From Octopus bimaculoides (Eukaryota): a stretch of 64,000 nt of DNA. Under the pieces are notes generated by a model. That model did no database searches, had not been told where the DNA came from, and saw only the letters and a program-made list of their open reading frames with translations. Numbering within the stretch: the stretch's first letter is position 1; the number at the start of each line of letters is the position of its first letter. Made by a program: the position numbers and the translations under genes. This document shows positions 38,485 to 49,817 of this stretch, piece after piece. Location of the stretch: assembly GCF_001194135.2 (NCBI RefSeq), contig NC_068994.1, positions 20,714,269 through 20,778,268 of the forward strand. The letters are read 5' to 3'.

Positions 38485-38581
38485 CAGGTCGCTGCCGTGA
38501 ATCGAACTCATCTTGTTTGTTGTGTTAACAACAAACAAGATGAGGACGAATATCCGTCAAATGTAGATAATGTAAATAATG
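38240..38581 (-). mobile_element. 5'-truncated tRNA-headed SINE-like element with a hammerhead motif and a fold-back 3' copy
   Basis: The minus strand reads B-box GAGTTCGATTC (38499-38509), (AAT)n, a central region, the hammerhead (38332-38377) and a tail. The 63-bp arms 38277-38339 and 38519-38581 are inverted copies with 1 mismatch. Confidence 0.65.
38332..38377 (-). ncRNA. Minimal type I hammerhead ribozyme
   Basis: GACAC-CTGACGA-A-GGCTG-GAGGGTATAT-CAGCC-GAAA-CGT-T-GTGTT: canonical CUGANGA/GAAA core, 5-bp stem II, 5-bp stem I (one G-U), palindromic stem III ACGT, GUU triplet. Confidence 0.75.
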
Positions 38582-39161
38582 CCAATATATGTAGTTTGGA
38601 AAAAAGAAATGTTTCTGAGAAATTTGGATAAGTGTGTAAAATGTGGAGTTGGATACAAATCAGGCAGAAAATACAGAAGCTTCCTCAGTGGAAACACTGC
38701 TTAGAAAGCAGTGGAAAAGTGGATTCTGCACTATTTACAAAAGGTCCTTTGGGCAAAAGATCAAAAGGACCATATTTAGTTTGGAAGGTAGAAGAGTTTC
38801 CAAACTGTGTGGTGTGTCAAGACATCATCTGTATTTTATATGGCAGTCTTGCAGGTGTACTCTGGTTGGTAATATCTATCCAGTTGGTAGAGGTATATAA
38901 CATGTGTATGTCATATTCTTTGTCTCTACTGTTGCAGTACAGGTATATGTGAATCATTTGGGAGATTTCAGATTAAAAGCTTAAATTGATGGTTTCAGTC
39001 ACATGATACCTTAGCTGTCACAGATGAGTCAGGATCAGATGTGAAATATATGCATTGCAAGAGATTGAATAAAATTGGTAGAGCTCTTTTTAGCTCTTGA
39101 AGCTCACTCAGTTTTCTGCATTCATTATTCACAGAATATTACATCTCAGTCAGAAACATAT

Positions 39162-39530
39162 GCACAGGCATGGCTGTGTGGTATGAAGTTTACTTCCCAA
39201 TCACTTGGCTCCAGGTTCAGTCCCACTGCATAGTACCTCAAGTGTCTTCTACTATAGCCTCAGGTCAACCAAAGCTTTGTGAGTGGGTTTAGTTGATGGA
39301 AAGTGAAAGAAGCCTGTTGAGTTTGTGTGTTTGTGTTTGTACCCCACCACTGCTTGACAACTGTTGTTGGTGTGTTTATATCCCTGTAATTAAGTGACCT
39401 GACAAAAGACACCAATAGAATAAGTACCAGGCTTTAAAAAAAAAGAAAGTAGATCCTGGGGTTAATTCATTTGACTAAAATTCTTCAAAATGGTGCCCCA
39501 GTATGGCCACAGTCTAATGATCAGTAAAAG
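39162..39530 (+). mobile_element. tRNA-derived SINE (family A), near full length
   Basis: GCACAGGCATGGCTGTGTGG...GGTTCAGTCCCACTG...CACTGCTTGACAAC...GAATAAGTACCAGGC...CAGTATGGCCACAGTC. Confidence 0.8.
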
Positions 39531-39731
39531 ATACATCTATTATGTGCCTTTTATGTAGTAACACTAGTACAAGTTACAGAAAAAGAGTAGATTACTTTTT
39601 GCACACACGCTTTACATCCCCCCATACACACACACACACACACACATGCGCACACTTATTTGCAGTAATTTCTATTTTCAAACATATTTTTGAAATATAA
39701 TCTCAGTATTTTTTTTCTTTTCTTTTTACAG

Positions 39732-42700
39732 ATAGAAAATATAAAATGATTTCCAAGAAGTCTATTCAACAAAATAAGAAAAAGAAAAAAATTGTGAAGA
39801 AACCAAAACCACCTGAAGAGAATGATTCTCCTATCTTACCAAGAGGGCAGTATAATTTGGACTTTTTGGATGATATTAACCCATTTGTTTCTCGAAACAA
39901 ATTAGGAGACTCTCCTCCCAACTCAGATGATAACATAGATATAAACCCCTTTGAAACAAAAACTAAAATTGCCTCTTCTCCACCACTTGCACCTAAGTTT
40001 AGTAAACCAGATTCAATGGATAATTCTGATCCATTTCTATCAAAAACTAATAATCTTGGCTATTCTCCCAATCAATCTAATGACCGAAATATTGAAGAAA
40101 ATGGTAATACAACAGTGAGTGATTTCTATGAAAATGAAGAAGAGCAGAAAGATGACTTGAACAACCAGAAAGAGTTTATCACTGATAAAATGGTGGATAA
40201 TTCCAATGAGTTTTCTCATGCAATTTTTGATAATGATCTTCAAGACAGTGAGGTAGATATGAAAAATTTCGATAACTGTCCAAGTGGTTTGGAAGAAGTT
40301 GGCTTAAAGCATGAGTCAGAGTTTTCTACTGATACAAGTTATTCAAAGATGCCAGAAGACAATATTAAACATGCTGGCCTAAATGCCAGTGATGTTTTAG
40401 ATGTTTCTAATGTGGAAAAAAATGGTAATACAGCAGTTAGTGATGATTTTTATGAAAATGAAGATCAGAACTTGATGACAGATGACTTGAACAACCAGAA
40501 AGAGTTTACCACTGATAAAATGGTTGATAATTCCCATGAGTTTTCTCATGAAATTCTTGATAATGATTTTCAGGAAAATGAGGTAGATATGAAAAATTTT
40601 GATAACTGTTCAAGTAGTTTGGAAGAAGGCTTAAAGCATGAATCAAAATTTTCTACAGATACCAGTTGTTCAAAGATGCCAGAAGACAATATTAAACATG
40701 GTGGCCTTAATGCCAGTGAAGTTTTAGATGTTTCCAATGTGGTGATGAGAAATAATGATGATGATGATGAAGATGACGAGGATCTTGAATTTACAGATGC
40801 TTTATCCAATGAAGATGAACTCATGCAATTTGATGATGAATTGCCTGCAAAGAAGTTTGATTACAAAGAAAATTTGGAGGCAAAGAATAGTGAAAACTTA
40901 AATGTTTCTGAGAATATTGATCATCCAGAACAATGTGAAATTGATGATCCTGATGTCATGTTGGATTCAATTGAAATGGACAAGAACTTCAAAGAGAATG
41001 GAAATAATTTACTAAATGTCATTGATTCCTCATCAAAAGACATTGATTTGAATAAAATGTCGCTTTCTGAATCTGGAATAGATATAGAAGATAAGCATCT
41101 GAAACCTGATGATGCATCTTTATGTATCAGTAAAGATGACAGTCATGAGATCCTTGATGATAATGAAGAATTGTCCACACAAAAGGACAAAGAGTTTCTT
41201 CTGTTTGAAAAGCTAGAAAATGAAATGACATCTGATTCGATAACTTCAAGTCCAAATTTATGTGAAGACAGTGGTATTGGGGAAAGTATTGTGACATCAT
41301 GCAGTGAAGATCTTGGTAAAGGAGATGATTTAAGAAGTGAAGAAGGTATGGATTCCTTGCCTCTCAGCCCTAGTGACAACTGTGACCTCACAAATTTGGC
41401 AACTTCCCCAAAGGATGAAACTTGTTTTGATGAAGAACTCCAACCTGAAGCAATGATTATCAAAGGCAATACTTTTTCTTCTGAAAATGGTGAGAAACTT
41501 CATTCTGACAATGATTTTGGGAATGGTCGTATTTCCTTGGCAGTCAAGGAAGAATCAGACGAAAATGTAACCAAAGAATTATATACAGAAACAGGCATAA
41601 AAGACACTGATCTAGCTTTAGAAGATAAATTGAAAGATGGTCAGGGCACTGTTTCAGAAAAGGAAAATTTGGGAACTACAAGGAAAAATCCCCCTCTAGA
41701 TTATGATACTGGAAATATTCCTGAATTTAGCTTAGAAGACAATGATTTAAATTCAGATGAAAATTATTGTACAAATTCTAAAATTCTTGAAGAATTAAAA
41801 GTTCTGTCAATAGATACTAATAGAGAAGAGCTAAGTACTGATAGAGATAATGAAGATATAGATTTAGCTTTGAAAATTAGTGAGTCTGAGAAAACAGGCC
41901 CTAAAATAAATTTAAATGGCCAGAGTAATAACACAAATTTAATGAGAAAAGATGTGGAAAATATTTATTTTAGCACACAGGGTGATCAGAGTAGATTGAA
42001 TGATGAGTCTGATGAGTTTACAGATGTTGAAATTAAGGATAATTTGACTACTTTAAGGAACAGTGGGAATTGCTCTGGTGCAGCTTCCAAGGAAAATGAA
42101 GTGGAAGATATTGAATCAGAAAAACATGAACAAAATAATTTTAGTGAATATATCTCTGATAAATTGCAACTAACAGAAGATAGTATTTTAGGGTCTCAGA
42201 TTGACAAACAACTGACTGAGAATGTTCTTAAATGTACAGAAAATAATGCAGATGCTGAAAACTCCTTAGTTGCTACTAATAAAAGTATCATTTCAGGAAC
42301 TGAAATGAATTCAAATGAACTCAGAGAATCGACTGAAGAACCTTTAATTGCTTGTAATAAAGGTTCTCTTTTAGAATCTCAGATTGATGAAAATTTGGCA
42401 AACAGCGACCCTGATAATTTGATTGAAGATATTACAGGTGATAAACAAGAACTCTTAGTTGAAAGTGATAAAGAACCCTTAATTAAAGGTGATAAAGATA
42501 TTCTTTTGGAATCTCAGATTGATGAAAATTTGGCAAACAGTGCCCCTAGTAATTTGACTGAAGATATTACAGGTGATGAAGAATCGTTAGTTGATGGTTT
42601 TAAAGAACCCTTAGTTAGAGGTGATAAAGGTGATAAATCTCAAATTGATGAAGGCTTGGTAAACAGTGCCCCTAGTAATTTTAGTGAGGATATTACTGGT

Positions 42701-45464
42701 GATAAAGAACCCTTAGTTAAAGGTGATAAAGACACCCTTTCGGAATCTCAAATTGATGAAAATTTGCCAAAAAGTGTCCCCAATAATTTAACTGATGATC
42801 TTACAGTTGATAAAGAACCCTTAATTGAAGGTGATAAAGGTACCCTTTTGGAATCTCAAATTGATGAAAATTTGGCAAGCAGTGTTCCTAGTAATTTGAC
42901 TGATGATCTTANNNNNNNNNNNNNNNNNNNNNNNNNNNNNNNNNNNNNNNNNNNNNNNNNNNNNNNNNNNNNNNNNNNNNNNNNNNNNNNNNNNNNNNNN
43001 NNNNNNNNNNNNNNNNNNNNNNNNNNNNNNNNNNNNNNNNNNNNNNNNNNNNNNNNNNNNNNNNNNNNNNNNNNNNNNNNNNNNNNNNNNNNNNNAAGTG
43101 TCCCCAATAATTTAACTGATGATCTTACAGTTGATAAAGAACCCTTAATTGAAGGTGATAAAGGTACCCTTTTGGAATCTCAAATTGATGAAAATTTGGC
43201 AAGCAGTGTTCCTAGTAATTTGACTGATGATCTTATAGGTGATAAAGAACCCTTAGCTGAAAATGATAAAAATATCCTTTTGGAATCTCAGATTAATGAA
43301 AATTTGGCAGATAGTACCCCTAATAATTTGAGTGAAGATATTACAGGTGATGAAGAACCCTTAGTTGAAGGTGATAAAGGTACCTTTTGGGAACCTCAAA
43401 TTGATGAAAATTTGGCAGATAGTGGCCCTAATGATTTTATTGAAGATATTACAGATGATGAAGAACCCTTAGTTGAAGGTGATAAATGTGCCCTTTTGGA
43501 ATCTCGAATTGATGAAAATTTGGCAAACAGTGACCCTAGTAATTTAAATGATGATCTTACATTTGATAAAAAACCCTTAGTTGAAGGTGATAAGGGTACC
43601 CTTTTGGAATCCCAAATTGATGAAAATTTGGCAGATAGTGATCCTAATAATTTAACTGATGATCTGACATTTGATAAAAAACACTTAGTTGAAGGTGATA
43701 GAGGTACCCTTTTGGAATCTCGGATTGATGAAAATTTGGCAAACAGTGACCTTAGTAATTTGACTGAAGATCTTACAAATGAGAAAGAGCCCTTAGTTGA
43801 AAATAAAGATACTCTTCTGGAATCTCCAGTTGAAATGCAGGTCAATGACAGTGCCTTCTCTAATTTTGATGAAGATATTAAAGATGATAGAGATCCTTTA
43901 GCTATAAATGATAACATACTTTTAAAATCTCAAGTTGAGAAAGATTATTCAGAGAAGACTCAGAAAATATCAACAAGCACTGATTCCTTAGTTGATACTC
44001 AAACTGAAGAAGATGAGAATGACTCTTTAACTAATGAGTTGAATGATGATGCTCTACTATTATCTGGTGCCAATATTTCCAATACTGTAAGAGATGACAG
44101 AAAAAGTAATGAAAGTGCTTTTAAAGAACCTTTTCATGATTTAAATCTTGAGGAAGTTTCTCAAAATGATGAGTTGTCACAGAATAATGACAGCCTTACT
44201 ACTGAAGACTTTTCAGTAGCTGAAAATAAAGAATTCAAGCCTAATGAACAGTCACCTGAATATGTAAACAATAATACAGGGTTAGGTGGGAGTGTTGAAG
44301 TTGACGAGGAAAACAACTTTGACAATGTAATAGAGACTGATGATGATGTCACTTTACAGAATAAGTCTCCTTTTGACTCTGATGAGGAGTCTGGAACTTT
44401 TGATACCACAAAAGAAGTTCTTTCTGCCAACTTTGAAAACCTAACTAATGAAAGTAGTACTTTAGCATCTTTAAATGACACATTTAGTGCAGAAAATTTT
44501 AACAATGTTAACAAATCTAGTGATATAGTTGAAAAATTGTCAGAAACCCTGGGAAAACCAGATCAAGCTGCTACTAGAGAATCTTTGTTAGAAAAAGTAA
44601 TGATAGAAAATTCTGCAGATCAGAAGCCATTGGTTGGCTTTGATACTTCAGAAAGTGCATTTCATTTGCCTCTTGGGGAAAATGAAACCAGTAAAACAGA
44701 CCAAAGTCCTTGTCAAATTCCAGCAGTTCAATGTCCCTCTGAGAAGGATACAAAATATCAAAAAGAATCTCAAAGTTTAGGTGAAGCAAATGAAAAATTA
44801 GTGCCAATTGAAAATTCAAATCATCCTCTTTCAGAAATTAATCAAGAATTTAAGCTTCCTAAACAGCTTGAAAAACCTCAGTCTAATGAATTAGCTAGTT
44901 CTGCTAAGAATAAAATGCTAGACTTTGTAGAGAAAGTTGATAATGATTCTTCTAATCTGATAAGCAAAGATCCATCTGCTCCTGAAGGTTATTTCAATGA
45001 TGACAGTGCATCTGTTTTTGCATCATTAATTATTGGATCACAACGTTTAGTTAGTGCAATACTTGGCCCTTCTGCAGTCTGTCCTCCTGTCCTTAATAGT
45101 GCCCCACTTCAACGTCAACATAGCACAGGAAACAGCACAGCAAAGGAAAAGCAGAAGCAAAGTATAGACTCTTTCAAACCTGCCCCCAGAATGCCTTCAG
45201 ACAGCATTAATGTGGAAGATAGTAGTCCTTCATTTACTAGGACTTCCACATCCGATGACAGCATCAGTGGATTTCCAGGAAGTGAGTCATCACAGTCACC
45301 ATCCCAGGACTCAGACAGGGTTGAATGCAGTGAGGAACACGATATGTTTCATGGCAAGACCCCTACTGAAGAGACTGAGCCCAGCACTAAGCTCACCTCT
45401 ATGAAGACAGCCAATCAATCTGTTGATGATGATGCAACAGAGAAGGTGTTTCTTCTCCCTGATG
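39732..45464 (+). CDS. TACC: Giant internal exon (5,733 nt, phase 1-1) of a probable TACC-family protein; acidic low-complexity region
   Basis: A stop-free frame spans ~5.7 kb in very AT-rich DNA (ORF 39746-45469). The acceptor is TTTTTTTTCTTTTCTTTTTACAG|AT and the donor GATG|GTTAGT. The N-terminal LPRGQYNLDFLDDINPFVSRNKLGDSPP / INPFETKTKIASSPP resembles, from memory, the Y.FD..D..NPF...K...SP repeats of TACC proteins. The exon call is strong. The family call is weaker because the coiled-coil domain is not in the window. Confidence 0.75.
40094..40741 (+). repeat. Tandem duplication of a ~107-109-aa coding unit (2 copies)
   Basis: ENGNTTVSD...DDLNNQKEFITDKMVDNS...KMPEDNIKHAGLNASDVLDVSNV is repeated as KNGNTAVSD...DDLNNQKEFTTDKMVDNS...KMPEDNIKHGGLNASEVLDVSNV, with an offset of 321-327 nt. 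Confidence 0.95.
42335..43930 (+). repeat. Coding tandem array of 108-bp / 36-aa units (about 12 clear copies plus degenerate flanks)
   Basis: Consensus approximately TLLESQIDENLANSDPSNLTDDLTGDKEPLVEGDKG. The GAATCTCAAATTGATGAAAATTTGGCA anchor recurs every 108 nt from ~43175 to ~43715. Confidence 0.95.
42912..43095. other. Assembly gap inside the coding 108-bp array
   Basis: 184 N. The two flanks share an identical 140-nt sequence (42772-42911 = 43096-43235). Confidence 0.99.
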
Positions 45465-48400
45465 GTTAGTATAGCTTAAGAATGACTGCTTTGAATAATT
45501 CTTTTGCTTTAACCATCAGATTCTGTCCATTCATTGCCATTCAGTTGTCATATGATATTCATTCATTTGCATTCAACTTCATCCATCTTATTCTGATTTT
45601 GGTGTGTGGCATATTGCCTGCAAGTTTGGCTTTCCCTTGGTTTGACCTCTGCCTGTGTTGGTGCATCACTGAGTTTATCAGTAAGCTTGACTTTCCATTT
45701 CATCTGACCACTGGTGTTGGTTTTTACTAGAAACAGTTGCAGTATTGACTTCCTTCTTGTTTAACTCTTGGCCTTGGTATTTACCTGGTTTATACTAGAT
45801 GTTTGTAAGTTTGGTTTCTTTAAATGATTTCATTAATGAAATTGAATTTTCACTAATATAAGCATGGAAATGTTTTAGTCTGAGTGGATTAGTGGTGAAG
45901 GTGCTGGTAATTATGGTTATGATGCTACAAGAGACTAATAGTAAAAGAAAAAAAGATCCAATATAGGCAGTTTCAAATTTCAAACAAAATAAGACGTTTT
46001 AAAATGATTTAAATGATATTTTTTTTAAAAAATAGTTCTCTAGCTCTGGGGTCTACTCATAAATAATAATAAATCAGTTGCTTCAAGCTAGATCCATACA
46101 AATGGCAATCTAGAGTAAAAGAAGGGAAAGATAATTTCCTTTTGATTGGTTCGATAATTACTTTAAAAATGTAGGATCATCATTACATTACACTCAAATT
46201 ACTTATTAGTACAAAAGAAACAAAAACTGAATTGTGTTAGGAAATAAAGAAGCTTGTATATATGACTGCTTGGCTAGCTAGAAATATCAGTAAATTCTAC
46301 TTTAAATCACATCCAACTATCATAAAAAAGGATGTATCGGATAATATAGTTTTAGATACACTACACTTGAAGGAAAAATGGGATAATGATGAGCCAACTG
46401 AATAACGGGAAACTAGGTCTAGTAATATCAAAATTTGGGCCTTTTGATAGCATTATTTTTACTCTGGAGCCAAATATTTATTAGCTTAAATATATCTTTT
46501 TTTTTAGCTTGGAGTAGTTCAGCAGACTTTTAGAAATTTGTTGGATAGTTTTTCACTTAGAGAAAGATGCAACCTTACAGTCAGCCATTAAAAAAAGTAG
46601 CAATCTAAAACAAAATTTTAAGAATATATGTGTTATATATATATATATATATATATATATACGATAGTTAACTTGACTATTATAATTTTATTTTCAAGTT
46701 CCATGCAAAGCCAGAGAAAGCAATCCTAAGATGTTCTCTTTATAAAGAAGTAAATCAAATAATGGTGAATAGTAACTTCTAAATAGACTTCAAATGGCAG
46801 TATGTTGATGAAAGAAAAATATAGACAGGTGGATATGACTGGTGATTTGATTTTATAGGTAAGAGGGGATGCTATAAGTATCAAGTGGAAACAGGATAGT
46901 AAATATTAAATTGTACAAAAATAGGGGAAATCTGCAATCTGAAATACTTAGCACACTTTGCCTTTTGCACGCTGCACTTTTATTCTTTTGTATTTTCTAT
47001 CATTGTGTTACTTTTGTTACTTTCTTAAAATTTGTTATTTCATCCAAGTTTGTGCAAATTTAAAAGAATTCAAGTGAGTTGGTAAGCTATATACTTTTTG
47101 GTACCACAAGTTCTAGATTCGCAATCTGGTCATGAATTCTGCCTAATGGTTGTTTGTTCCACTTCCATCTTATATTATACGAAGGTGGTGAACTGCATCA
47201 TATAAAATACTTAGCAACATTTCTTCTGGCCTTACATTCTGAGTTCAAATACCTCTGACGTGAATTGTGCTTTTCATCCATTGAAAAAAACAAAAAAAAA
47301 CAGTAACAGTCAGGTACTGGGGTTGATGTAATTGACTAACCTCTTTTCCCTAAAAATTATAGCCTACCAAAATTTGAAGCAATTATTAGATGGTACCAGG
47401 ATGTGTATAGACTAACAGAAGCAATAAACATGCTAGCATATATAACTTGGGTCAGACATAAATAGTTTTAATTTTCTTTTCTACAATTCTGTTTATTTCC
47501 TCCAATGTAATATATGGGATTTTTCTTTTCAAAGTTGTTGTTAATTATCCCCAAATAAACCCTGTTTGAACAAATCCATGATCAAAGGCTTTCAGATATA
47601 GCTATCCCATCAAATGTTTTTTGTTTTTTATTCAGACTAGTTTATGTAAAACTGCATCACTATCCTCTGTGTTCTTCCTTTTTTTTTTTACTAAATGATA
47701 GTGCATGATATGAAAAAAATTTGGTTACTACTTCTAGCAGTTTTTATGACTACATTGAAGCTGTTTTGTCTCAAAGTTCTTAACATTAGGTAAAAGAAAA
47801 AAAATAGACATTTTGTTTCATCTTCCACTAACAGCTAAATTATGGAACATCAATTCCCTGTCATGTTACAGTATTACATTTAAACGATATCTGATGTTAC
47901 AACCTTAAAATATTTTACATCATGACTTATGATAAATGCTGCTGTTTTAGATCACTAAGAGGAGCTAACTAAGGATGCTGTCCATGAGTGTTTAGCCTGC
48001 TACAAATAGCTACCAAATCTATCTCAAATTGCATTCTACAAGCTTAAAATAGAATGACACTTTGGATCATGTAATCCACTGCATTAAAAAAAAATACAGA
48101 GAGAGATGGAATATATCCAGTTGATCACAGGTATGATTGTTCAGGTCTTACCTGTAGCTCAACAATAACTAAGCTGATAGTGTGGTGGGTTGCATTACAA
48201 GAAGCAGTTAGATGGACCAAACTATCAAGAGTGCAATTGCTGTGACCAGGTCATAGCAGTCTTGTTAATTTGGTCTAGCTAGCTATAAATAAGTAAACAT
48301 ACAACTCTGCTTAATGCTGTTAATAGTAAGCTAACCTTTTCTGGATTTCAAAAATCCAAGTAGCCAGCAATTGATTCTGTTTTCTGTAGCTTTAATCAAT

Positions 48401-48839
48401 GACTGATAATTTCAGAGTTGTACTTGTCTAGCAAGTTATTGGATTTTTGTGACAGTCTATTGAAGCTGAAGCAATTATATTATGGAAGAACCATTTAATA
48501 ATAAATTGTTAAAATTCACTATTCATTTATTTCGTAACCTTTAAAAATTTTTGTATGCATTTTTTTTTTTTTTTAGATGGCTTAAACAACTCTTATAGGT
48601 TATAACTGCTCCAATCCAACCTGGACTCCACACATCATCTCTTACTTACATGCAAACCACATGCCCTGTTCCTTTTTAAGGCACAAATTTCTCAACCCTT
48701 ATCTCTAGTCTTGTCCATATTTCATTCAGCAGTCAAATTTCATTCTGAAAAGTGGTATTTACACATAAATAGATTGTGCTTCCTTTGCCACTCACCTCTC
48801 TTACTTCGAGATCAGCAACAAAGATTTCTTCTTCTGATA

Positions 48840-49118
48840 CTGTGTTTCCCAACCTATTTTCCCCCAGGCCCCACTATAACTTTCCAGAAAAAAATATGCA
48901 CCACCAGTTGTTGAAAAAAAGACAACTTTATTTTTAATATTTTATCACATTAGAATAGCACTACACTGCAGCAAACATTCTTTGCACAGTATGCTTGGCT
49001 AGAAGGATTGACTTGACTAGCTGAGTATAGATGTTGTGCATTAACTAGGAAAAAGAAATTTTCACAATTTTCCCAGATCCTACCAGTGAAGCATAAGCCC
49101 CCATACTGGGAATCACTG
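48840..49118. mobile_element. hAT-type MITE with 8-bp TSD
   Basis: Ends CTGTGTTTCCCAA / TGGGAATCACTG (CAGTG.TTCCCA-type TIR). Flanks TTCTGATA and TTCTAATA match at 7 of 8 positions. Confidence 0.7.
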
Positions 49119-49423
49119 TTCTAATACATCAATGACCTGTTTGTCATCACTTTGAACAATGCTCACTTCTATGCAGATGGTACCACCTTTCATTCTATTT
49201 AACCTTCTGCACCCAAGTATCATCCACTTGCAACATAGACATTTCATACCCAATCTGTACTGACTTCAAGAACAGAGTCTACTAAAACATCCTTCAGTGT
49301 TTCCTTCAACAATACTGATACACAATAACAAACATGTTATGAGAACATCATACCCACACCATAAATATGAACAGCATGCACTTAGAACAGCCTAGGTTGC
49401 TACACTGAATTTCTCCTGGTGAA

Positions 49424-49817
49424 TACTGTAAAAACCCATGTAATTTGCACACCTGTGTAATTTACGCAGGTGATTTTCAGGATAAAAATTGTTAAAAAAA
49501 TCTTCAACTCATGTAAAATTCGCATCCAAAAGTTTTCAGAATTACCTATATGGCCAGGGAAAAAAGGTTTTCAATTTAGTTGTATTTAGCATAATTTCAC
49601 TTACTTATGATTAGATTTTACTAAATTTTCATTAAATAAAAATAATTTGTATTTAACAGCTATCACATTGAAAGCTATTAAATTACAAAGTGTTTGTATT
49701 GTTTTTAATAAACTTTATTTTACATTTCTTGCCCACAAGAGATTATGTCCAATCTTTAGCATACTTTATTTTTGTTTTTGTGAAAAAAGTACATAAATTA
49801 CATGGGTTTTTATGGTG
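49424..49817. mobile_element. Tc1/mariner (pogo/Tigger-like) MITE
   Basis: TACTGTAAAAACCCATGTAATTT versus reverse-complemented right end CACCATAAAAACCCATGTAATTT. Confidence 0.7.

Noticed and set aside
38632-38952. ORF with Cys pairs (CVVC) as a zinc finger or zf-RVT
   Set aside because: No consistent Cys/His spacing or recognisable domain in any frame, and no splice signals.
40094-43235. Idea that the ~108-aa duplication derives from three 36-aa units (both ~324 nt)
   Set aside because: I saw no internal 36-aa periodicity or similarity to the ESQIDENL unit, so this is treated as coincidence.
40040-45404. Short antisense and alternative-frame ORFs within the giant exon
   Set aside because: These are shadow ORFs of a long coding exon with repetitive composition.
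39746-45469. The 1,907-aa ORF as a complete single-exon gene
   Set aside because: The frame is open upstream to a strong acceptor at 39731, and the stop TAG lies inside the donor GTTAGT. It is better explained as an internal exon.
46699-46745. Possible phase 1 terminal exon (VPCKARESNPKMFSL*)
   Set aside because: The acceptor ends in AAG with a short pyrimidine tract, which is expected by chance in AT-rich DNA.
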